DNA of 64,000 nucleotides from Escherichia coli O157:H7 (GTDB lineage Bacteria; Pseudomonadota; Gammaproteobacteria; Enterobacterales; Enterobacteriaceae): NCBI RefSeq assembly GCF_013167455.1, contig NZ_CP038328.1; one strand, 5' to 3'. Shown piece by piece: positions 55,741 to 64,000 of this stretch (position 1 is its first letter; each line of letters starts with the position of its first letter). The notes under the pieces were generated by a model. It saw only the letters and a program-made list of their open reading frames with translations, ran no database searches and was not told where the DNA came from. The position numbers and the translations under genes were made by a program.

Positions 55741-57126
55741 ATGAATATTCCACAGCTCACGGCCCTGTGCCTGCGTTATCAGGGAGTCTTGCTGGATGCC
55801 AGCGAAGAAGTGGTTCATGTTGCGGTGGTCGATGCCCCCTCACATGAGTTGCTGGACGCATTGCATTTCGCTACCACCAAACGTATTGAGATCACCTGCT
55901 GGACGCGCCAACAAATGGAAGGTCACGCCAGTCGCACACAACAGACATTGCCCGTAGCTGTTCAGGAGAAGCATCAGCCCAAAGCAGAGTTGCTGACTCG
56001 AACGTTACAATCTGCGCTGGAACAACGCGCGTCTGATATTCATATCGAACCAGCGGACAATGCCTACCGCATCCGCTTGCGTATCGACGGCGTATTGCAT
56101 CCTTTACCGGATGTTTCACCGGATGCCGGAGTCGCATTAACCGCCAGATTAAAAGTGCTGGGAAACCTGGATATTGCGGAACATCGCCTGCCGCAGGACG
56201 GGCAATTCACTGTCGAACTGGCAGGAAACGCCGTCTCATTTCGTATTGCGACCTTACCATGTCGGGGTGGTGAAAAGGTGGTATTAAGGTTGTTACAGCA
56301 GGTGAGCCAGGCACTGGATGTTAACACGCTGGGAATGCAGCCGTTACAACTGGCGGGCTTTGCTCATGCCTTGCAACAACCACAGGGACTGGTGCTGGTA
56401 ACTGGCCCTACCGGCAGCGGCAAAACGGTCACGCTTTATAGTGCCCTGCAAAAGCTGAATACCGCTGACATTAATATTTGTAGCGTCGAAGATCCGGTTG
56501 AGATCCCCATAGCCGGACTAAACCAGACGCAAATCCATCCGCGTGCCGGACTCACCTTTCAGGGCGTTTTGCGTGCGTTATTGCGCCAGGATCCTGACGT
56601 CATCATGATCGGAGAGATCCGCGATGGCGAAACGGCAGAAATTGCCATTAAAGCCGCGCAAACCGGTCACCTGGTGTTGTCTACCCTACACACTAATTCC
56701 ACCTGCGAAACGCTGGTACGTTTACAGCAAATGGGGGTCGCCCGCTGGATGCTATCATCGGCGCTTACGCTGGTAATAGCCCAGCGTCTGGTACGCAAAC
56801 TTTGCCCACATTGTCGCCGGCAGCAAGGGGAGCCCATCCACATTCCAGTCAATGTATGGCCGTCGCCGCTGCCCCACTGGCAAGCACCCGGTTGTGTACA
56901 TTGCTACCACGGTTTTTATGGTCGCACTGCCTTATTTGAAGTTCTGCCCATAACACCGGTCATACGTCAGCTTATTTCCGCTAATACCGACGTTGAATCG
57001 CTGGAAACGCACGCCCGACAGGCGGGTATGCGAACGCTTTTTGAAAACGGCTGCCTGGCCGTGGAGCAAGGCTTAACCACCTTTGAAGAGTTAATCCGCG
57101 TATTGGGGATGCCGCATGGCGAGTAA
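55741..57126 (+). CDS. hofB: Type IV pilus assembly ATPase (GspE/PilB family)
   Basis: 461 aa ORF; Walker A GPTGSGKT; tetracysteine motif CPHC...CVHC. Confidence 0.92.
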   Translation: MNIPQLTALCLRYQGVLLDASEEVVHVAVVDAPSHELLDALHFATTKRIEITCWTRQQMEGHASRTQQTLPVAVQEKHQPKAELLTRTLQSALEQRASDIHIEPADNAYRIRLRIDGVLHPLPDVSPDAGVALTARLKVLGNLDIAEHRLPQDGQFTVELAGNAVSFRIATLPCRGGEKVVLRLLQQVSQALDVNTLGMQPLQLAGFAHALQQPQGLVLVTGPTGSGKTVTLYSALQKLNTADINICSVEDPVEIPIAGLNQTQIHPRAGLTFQGVLRALLRQDPDVIMIGEIRDGETAEIAIKAAQTGHLVLSTLHTNSTCETLVRLQQMGVARWMLSSALTLVIAQRLVRKLCPHCRRQQGEPIHIPVNVWPSPLPHWQAPGCVHCYHGFYGRTALFEVLPITPVIRQLISANTDVESLETHARQAGMRTLFENGCLAVEQGLTTFEELIRVLGMPHGE

Positions 57127-58318
57127 GCAACTCTGGCGCTGGCATGGCATAACCGGCGACGGCAATGCGCAAGATGGGATGCTATGGGCAGAGAGCCGTA
57201 CTTTACTGCTTATGGCACTACAGCAACAGATGGTTACCCCACTAAGCCTGAAGCGAATTGCTATCAATTCTGCGCAGTGGCGAGGAGATAAAAGCGCGGA
57301 AGTCATTCATCAACTGGCGACGCTACTTAAAGCCGGGTTAACGCTTTCTGAAGGGCTGGCACTGCTGGCGGAACAGCATCCCAGTAAGCAATGGCAAGCG
57401 TTGCTGCAATCTCTGGCACACGATCTCGAACAGGGCATTGCCTTTTCCAATGCCTTATTACCCTGGTCAGAGGTATTTCCGCCGCTCTATCAGGCGATGA
57501 TCCGCACGGGTGAACTGACCGGTAAGCTGGATGAATGCTGCTTTGAACTGGCGCGTCAGCAAAGAGCCCAGCGTCAGTTGACCGACAAAGTAAAATCAGC
57601 GTTACGTTATCCCATCATCATTTTAGCGATGGCAATCATGGTGGTTGTGGCAATGCTGCATTTTGTTCTGCCGGAGTTTGCCGCTATCTATAAGACCTTC
57701 AACACCCCACTACCGGCACTAACGCAGGGGATCATGACGCTGGCAGACTTTAGTGGCGAATGGGGCTGGCTGCTGGTGTTGTTCGGCATTATGCTGACGA
57801 TAGCCAATAAGTTGCTGATGCGCCGCCCGACCTGGCTTATCGCGCGGCAGAAATTGCTGTTACGCATCCCGATTATGGGGTCACTGATGCGGGGACAAAA
57901 ACTCACGCAGATCTTTACGATTCTGGCGCTGACTCAAAGTGCAGGCATTACTTTTTTACAGGGCGTAGAGAGCGTCAGAGAAACAATGCGCTGCCCGTAC
58001 TGGGTGCAACTTCTGACACAAATCCAGCACGATATCAGTAACGGTCATCCCATCTGGCTGGCGTTAAAAAATGCCGGTGAGTTTAGCCCGCTCTGTTTGC
58101 AATTAGTGAGAACGGGAGAGGCCTCCGGCTCGCTGGATCTCATGTTAGACAACATCGCCCATCATCATCGGGATAACACAATGGCGCTGGCGGATAACCT
58201 AGCAGCCTTACTGGAACCGGCGTTGCTGATCATAACGGGAGGAATTATCGGTACGCTGGTGGTGGCGATGTATCTGCCAATTTTCCATTTAGGCGATGCG
58301 ATGAGTGGGATGGGATAA
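57116..58318 (+). CDS. hofC: Type IV pilus inner membrane platform protein (GspF/PilC family)
   Basis: 400 aa ORF overlapping hofB by 11 nt; duplicated GspF-type domains. Confidence 0.92.
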   Translation: MASKQLWRWHGITGDGNAQDGMLWAESRTLLLMALQQQMVTPLSLKRIAINSAQWRGDKSAEVIHQLATLLKAGLTLSEGLALLAEQHPSKQWQALLQSLAHDLEQGIAFSNALLPWSEVFPPLYQAMIRTGELTGKLDECCFELARQQRAQRQLTDKVKSALRYPIIILAMAIMVVVAMLHFVLPEFAAIYKTFNTPLPALTQGIMTLADFSGEWGWLLVLFGIMLTIANKLLMRRPTWLIARQKLLLRIPIMGSLMRGQKLTQIFTILALTQSAGITFLQGVESVRETMRCPYWVQLLTQIQHDISNGHPIWLALKNAGEFSPLCLQLVRTGEASGSLDLMLDNIAHHHRDNTMALADNLAALLEPALLIITGGIIGTLVVAMYLPIFHLGDAMSGMG

Positions 58319-58352
58319 CGCTGGCGTGTTGCTCCACACCAGCGTTGGAAGA

Positions 58353-59396
58353 TTACAGGTTGTTGAAGATGCGGTTTTCTTGTTCCTGCACACGGATAAA
58401 TGTGGTGCGCTTGGTCAGTTCTTTCAGGCGTGAAGCCCCAACGTATGTACAAGCTGAACGCAGGCCGCCCAAAATATCACGCGCGGTATTTTCAACCGGG
58501 CCTCGCAGCGGCAGCTTAACGGTTTTACCTTCTGCTGCGCGATATTCAGCAACGCCGCCAACGTGACGTTTCATCGCAGACTCGGAGCTCATGCCGTAGA
58601 ACAGCATAAATTTCTCGCCGTTCTCCTCAACGATGCGACCGCCGCTCTCTTCGTGGCCCGCCAGCATGCCGCCAAGCATGACGAAATCGGCACCGCCACC
58701 AAAGGCTTTCGCCACATCGCCCGGCGTGGTGCAGCCACCATCGCTGATGATCATTCCGCCCAGACCGTGCGCAGCATCGGCACATTCGATTACCGCAGAA
58801 AGTTGCGGATAACCGACGCCTGTTTTGACGCGAGTTGTACAAACAGAACCTGGGCCAATGCCAACTTTAACGATATCGGCACCTGAGAGGATAAGCTCCT
58901 CACACATTTCACCAGTCACTACGTTACCAGCACAAATGGTTTTGGTCGGCCACGCTTCACGCGCTTTCGCAACGAACTGCACGAAGTGTTCGGAATAACC
59001 ATTCGCCACGTCAATACAAACGAAGTTTAATGCCGGGTTCAGGTCGAGAATCTGTTTAGTTTTTTCGAAATCCGCATCAGACGTACCGGTAGAAACCATC
59101 ACATGTTTCAGCACATCAGCGGAAGAATTGTTGATAAACGCTTGCCACTCTTCGACAGAATAGTGTTTATGCACAGCAGTCAAAATATCAAAAGAAGCCA
59201 GCGCAGAGGCCATAGAAAATGTGCCTACGGTGTCCATATTTGCGGCGATAATCGGCACGCCGGACCAGCTCTGACCTGAATGTTTGAAGGTGAATTGACG
59301 TTCCAGTTCAACATCGGAACGGCTTTTAAGAGTGGAGCGTTTAGGGCGGATGAGAACGTCTTTAAAACCTAACTTCAGATCTTCTTCAATACGCAT
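58353..59396 (-). CDS. guaC: GMP reductase
   Basis: 347 aa ORF starting [32 protein letters not shown] fold, active-site Cys in GPGSVCTTR. Confidence 0.95.
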
Positions 59397-59620
59397 GTGC
59401 GGATTCCTGGGGTTAATGGCTATAAGGGTAAGAGCGCAACTCCAGTGACGCTATCATACGCACTAATCAATGCGGCGCAAGACTGCGAAATTGTCTTTTT
59501 TTACGCTACAATCCCATAAATTTACCTGGTAAATAGTGAGCGAACGTTTCATCAATTTCGCTTTCGTGCGCTCATTTTTAACGTTTTGATAATCATGATG
59601 AATTCCCGGGAATATAAATT

Positions 59621-60241
59621 ATGAGGTATATAGTTGCCTTAACGGGAGGCATTGGCAGTGGCAAGAGTACCGTTGCCAATGCGTTTGCTGATCTCGGAAT
59701 TAACGTCATTGATGCCGATATTATTGCGCGTCAGGTGGTTGAACCAGGTGCACCTGCGCTACATGCCATTGCTGATCACTTTGGCGCTAATATGATTGCT
59801 GCTGATGGAACATTGCAGCGCCGGGCCTTGCGCGAGCGGATCTTCGCCAACCCGGAAGAGAAAAACTGGCTTAACGCCCTGCTGCATCCGCTGATTCAGC
59901 AAGAGACGCAACACCAGATCCAGCAAGCTACTTCCCCCTATGTACTGTGGGTTGTGCCATTGCTGGTAGAAAACTCACTGTATAAAAAAGCGAATCGAGT
60001 GCTGGTGGTGGATGTCAGCCCAGAAACGCAACTTAAGCGCACCATGCAGCGCGATGATGTAACTCGCGAGCATGTCGAACAAATCCTTGCTGCTCAGGCA
60101 ACGCGCGAAGCCCGCCTTGCCGTGGCAGATGACGTCATTGATAATAACGGCGCACCGGATGCTATCGCATCGGATGTTGCCCGCCTGCACGCACACTATT
60201 TGCAGCTTGCGTCGCAGTTTGTCTCACAGGAAAAACCGTAA
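59621..60241 (+). CDS. coaE: Dephospho-CoA kinase
   Basis: 206 aa ORF; P-loop [12 protein letters not shown]. Confidence 0.95.
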   Translation: MRYIVALTGGIGSGKSTVANAFADLGINVIDADIIARQVVEPGAPALHAIADHFGANMIAADGTLQRRALRERIFANPEEKNWLNALLHPLIQQETQHQIQQATSPYVLWVVPLLVENSLYKKANRVLVVDVSPETQLKRTMQRDDVTREHVEQILAAQATREARLAVADDVIDNNGAPDAIASDVARLHAHYLQLASQFVSQEKP

Positions 60242-60984
60242 TGCAGACCCAGGTCCTTTTTGAACATCCACTAAATGAAAAAATGCGTACATGGCTGCGC
60301 ATTGAGTTTTTGATTCAGCAACTCACCGTTAATTTACCCATCGTTGACCACGCTGGCGCGCTGCATTTCTTCCGTAATGTTAGTGAATTACTGGATGTTT
60401 TCGAGCGCGGCGAAGTCCGCACTGAGCTGTTGAAAGAACTTGACCGGCAGCAACGTAAACTCCAGACCTGGATTGGCGTGCCTGGCGTGGACCAGAGCCG
60501 TATTGAAGCATTAATTCAGCAGTTAAAAGCGGCGGGGAGCGTATTAATTTCCGCGCCGCGTATCGGGCAATTTCTGCGTGAAGATCGTTTGATTGCTCTG
60601 GTGCGTCAGCGACTGAGCATCCCAGGCGGCTGTTGCAGCTTTGATTTACCTACATTGCACATTTGGCTGCATCTACCCCAGGCGCAGCGCGACTGCCAGG
60701 TAGAAACCTGGATTGCCAGCCTGAACCCGCTCACCCAGGCACTTACCATGGTGCTGGATTTAATTCGCCAGTCGGCCCCCTTCCGTAAACAAACCAGCCT
60801 GAATGGTTTTTATCAGGATAACGGTGGCGATGCCGACTTGCTGCGCCTGAATCTGTCGCTCGATTCACAGCTTTATCCGCAAATTTCCGGACATAAGAGC
60901 CGTTTTGCCATTCGTTTTATGCCGCTGGACACTGAAAACGGACAGGTACCGGAACGTCTGGATTTCGAACTGGCCTGTTGCTAA
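60241..60984 (+). CDS. zapD: Cell division protein ZapD (FtsZ-associated)
   Basis: 247 aa ORF; start overlaps the coaE stop by 1 nt; [24 protein letters not shown]. Confidence 0.93.
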   Translation: MQTQVLFEHPLNEKMRTWLRIEFLIQQLTVNLPIVDHAGALHFFRNVSELLDVFERGEVRTELLKELDRQQRKLQTWIGVPGVDQSRIEALIQQLKAAGSVLISAPRIGQFLREDRLIALVRQRLSIPGGCCSFDLPTLHIWLHLPQAQRDCQVETWIASLNPLTQALTMVLDLIRQSAPFRKQTSLNGFYQDNGGDADLLRLNLSLDSQLYPQISGHKSRFAIRFMPLDTENGQVPERLDFELACC

Positions 60985-60993
60985 GGAGTAAAA

Positions 60994-61191
60994 ATGTCAG
61001 AAACTATTACGGTGAATTGCCCAACCTGCGGGAAAACGGTGGTGTGGGGTGAAATCAGCCCGTTTCGGCCATTTTGCTCCAAACGTTGTCAGCTGATCGA
61101 CCTCGGAGAATGGGCTGCTGAAGAAAAACGAATCCCCAGCAGTGGCGATCTTTCCGAAAGCGATGACTGGAGCGAAGAGCCAAAGCAGTGA
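60994..61191 (+). CDS. yacG: DNA gyrase inhibitor YacG (zinc-ribbon protein)
   Basis: 65 aa ORF; C4 zinc ribbon CPTCGK...CSKRC. Confidence 0.93.
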
Positions 61192-61199
61192 CATTTGTC

Positions 61200-61680
<481 letters not shown>

Positions 61681-61694
61681 TGTCTTAAACCTAT

Positions 61695-61720
61695 AAAAAA
61701 GCGCAGAATCCTGCGCCTTT
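61695..61720 (-). terminator. Hairpin with T-run after secA (partial terminator/attenuator before mutT)
   Basis: Minus-strand reading aaaaggcgcaggattctgcgctttttt, ~20 bp downstream of the secA stop. Confidence 0.6.
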
Positions 61721-61738
61721 TACTTCAACAGTTAGCTT

Positions 61739-64000
61739 TTATTGCAGGCGGCCATGGCACTGCTTGTATTTTTTACCAGAACCGCACGGGCAAGGATCGT
61801 TACGTCCTACTTTGCGCTCACCGGTTTGCGCCGCCAGTGCAGCTGCGGCTGCAGAGTCGTCATCCTGATGGCTAAGCTGCTGCATTTGCGCTAAACGCTC
61901 GGCTTCCATACGACGCTGTTGTTCCAGCTCCTCAACCTCTTCAGGCATACGTACCTGAACTTTGCTCAGCGTACTGATAACTTCATATTTCAACGACTCC
62001 AGCATCGCTGCAAACATGGAGAACGATTCACGTTTGTATTCCTGCTTCGGATCTTTCTGTGCATAGCCACGCAGGTGGATACCCTGACGCAGATAGTCCA
62101 TCGCTGCCAGGTGCTCTTTCCACAGGGAGTCAAGCGTTTGCAGCATGACGCCTTTCTCGAAGTGACGCATCATCTCAGCACCAACCACTTCTTCTTTACG
62201 CTGATACACTTCGATGGACTGCGCCAGAATGCGCTCACGCAGCGTCTCTTCATGCAGTTCTGGTTCTTTATCCAGCCACTCAGCAATTGGTAAATCGAGG
62301 TCGAAATCGTTCTTCAGACGTTCCTGCAGCCCCGGAATATCCCACATTTCTTCCAGCGACTGTGGCGGAATGTAGGCATCAATGGTCGCTTTGAACACAT
62401 CTTCACGAATGCTGTTAATGGTTTCGCTCACATCGCTGACATCCAGCAATTCGTTACGCTGGGAGTAAATGGCGCGACGCTGATCGTTAGCCACGTCATC
62501 ATATTCCAGCAGTTGCTTACGAATGTCGAAGTTACGACTTTCAACTTTACGCTGGGCGTTGGCAATCGCTTTAGTCACCCACGGGTGTTCAATGGCTTCG
62601 CCTGGCTTCATACCCAGTTTACGCATCATGCCGGATACTCGGTCGGAAGCAAAAATACGCATCAGCGCATCTTCCATCGACAGGTAGAAACGGGAAGAAC
62701 CAGCATCCCCCTGACGACCAGAACGACCGCGCAACTGGTTATCGATACGACGGGATTCGTGACGCTCGGTACCGATGATATGCAGGCCACCTGCTGCCAG
62801 TACCGCATCGTGACGTACCTGCCAGTCGGCTTTAATTTTTTCAATTTGCTCTGCGGTCGGATTTTCCAGCGCGGCAACTTCTGCCTGCCAGCTACCACCG
62901 AGCACAATATCTGTACCACGACCCGCCATGTTGGTCGCGATAGTCACCGCAGCCGGATAACCTGCCTGAGCAACAATCGCCGCTTCGTTGGCGTGGAATT
63001 TGGCGTTCAGGACATTGTGCTTAATACCGGCTTTGGTCAGTTCGTTTGACACCAGCTCCGATTTTTCGATGGAGATAGTACCCACCAGCACCGGCTGGCC
63101 TTTCGCAGTACGTTCTTTGATATCTTCAATGATCGCCTGAATTTTTTCCGCTTCAGTCATGTAGACCAGGTCCGGCAGATCTTTACGAATCATTGGACGG
63201 TTGGTCGGAACAACGACGGTATCCAGTTTGTAGATGGAGCTAAATTCGAAAGCTTCGGTATCAGCAGTACCGGTCATCCCCGCCAGTTTTTCATACAGAC
63301 GGAAGTAGTTCTGGAAGGTGATCGAAGCCAGCGTTTGGTTTTCGTTCTGGATCTGCACACCTTCTTTCGCTTCCACAGCCTGGTGCAGACCATCGGACCA
63401 GCGACGGCCCTGCATGGTACGACCGGTGTGTTCGTCAACGATGATAACTTCACCATCTTTAACGATGTAGTCGACGTCACGGGTAAACAGCGCATGAGCG
63501 CGCAGCGCCGCCGTTACGTGGTGCATCAGCATGATGTTGGCCGGAGAGTACAGAGACTCCCCTTCATCCATGATGCCCTCTTTCACCAGCAGTTCTTCAA
63601 TCAGCACCAGACCACGTTCGGTCAGGTTCACCTGGCGAGATTTTTCGTCCACCGAGAAGTGGCCTTCGCCCTGGAAGGTTTCGGAGTCTTCTTTTTCCTG
63701 ACGGATCAGGTGCGGAATAATTTTATTCACGCGTTTATACATTTCCGAGCTGTCTTCTGCCGGGCCGGAAATGATCAGCGGTGTACGCGCTTCATCGATC
63801 AGGATGGAGTCCACTTCGTCCACCAGCGCATAGTGCAGTTTACGCTGTACACGTTCTTCAGGGCTGAACGCCATATTGTCGCGCAGGTAGTCAAAGCCGT
63901 ATTCGTTGTTCGTACCGTAAGTGATGTCAGCTGCGTAAGCTTCGCGCTTTGCCGGTGCTGGCATGCCCGGCAGGTTGATACCGACAGTCAGGCCAAGGAA
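61739..64000 (-). CDS. secA: Preprotein translocase ATPase SecA, C-terminal ~753 codons; 5' end lies beyond the window end
   Basis: Open reading frame to the window end; C-terminal zinc-binding tail [21 protein letters not shown]-like motor motifs. The track ORF 61739..63964 begins at an internal Met. Confidence 0.93.
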   Translation of the reverse strand, partial: FLGLTVGINLPGMPAPAKREAYAADITYGTNNEYGFDYLRDNMAFSPEERVQRKLHYALVDEVDSILIDEARTPLIISGPAEDSSEMYKRVNKIIPHLIRQEKEDSETFQGEGHFSVDEKSRQVNLTERGLVLIEELLVKEGIMDEGESLYSPANIMLMHHVTAALRAHALFTRDVDYIVKDGEVIIVDEHTGRTMQGRRWSDGLHQAVEAKEGVQIQNENQTLASITFQNYFRLYEKLAGMTGTADTEAFEFSSIYKLDTVVVPTNRPMIRKDLPDLVYMTEAEKIQAIIEDIKERTAKGQPVLVGTISIEKSELVSNELTKAGIKHNVLNAKFHANEAAIVAQAGYPAAVTIATNMAGRGTDIVLGGSWQAEVAALENPTAEQIEKIKADWQVRHDAVLAAGGLHIIGTERHESRRIDNQLRGRSGRQGDAGSSRFYLSMEDALMRIFASDRVSGMMRKLGMKPGEAIEHPWVTKAIANAQRKVESRNFDIRKQLLEYDDVANDQRRAIYSQRNELLDVSDVSETINSIREDVFKATIDAYIPPQSLEEMWDIPGLQERLKNDFDLDLPIAEWLDKEPELHEETLRERILAQSIEVYQRKEEVVGAEMMRHFEKGVMLQTLDSLWKEHLAAMDYLRQGIHLRGYAQKDPKQEYKRESFSMFAAMLESLKYEVISTLSKVQVRMPEEVEELEQQRRMEAERLAQMQQLSHQDDDSAAAAALAAQTGERKVGRNDPCPCGSGKKYKQCHGRLQ

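Overview
The window reads as a reverse-oriented ~64 kb stretch of Escherichia coli-type core chromosome, matching (from memory of gene order and protein sequences; no database search was possible) the K-12 secA to fhuB interval. Gene order here: fhuB (truncated at window start), fhuD, fhuC, fhuA, mrcB, hrpB, thpR, sfsA, dksA, gluQ, pcnB, folK, a seven-gene yad chaperone-usher fimbrial operon, panB, panC, rpnC (yadD), panD, yadE, yadI, yadH, yadG, can, hpt, gcd, cueO, yacC, speE, speD, yacL, acnB, yacH, lpdA, aceF, aceE, pdhR, aroP, ampE, ampD, nadC, ppdD, hofB, hofC, guaC, coaE, zapD, yacG, mutT and secA (truncated at window end). I found no rRNA, tRNA, CRISPR array, IS element or prophage. 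I do not see convincing evidence for a novel multi-gene system: every ORF cluster corresponds to a known E. coli locus. The parts that look strain-variable are the yad fimbrial operon with its AT-rich promoter region and a divergent folK 3' end at its boundary, an ERIC/IRU repeat between panC and rpnC, REP/BIME elements (one overlapping the mutT 3' end), and GC-rich palindromes between mrcB and hrpB. The least characterised loci are yadGHI-yadE, yacH, yacC and yacL. CDS coordinates are anchored to the supplied ORF track with starts trimmed by amino-acid counting against remembered protein N-termini; coordinates of small motifs are approximate (a few bp), because my base-level indexing disagreed with the track by 1 nt in places.
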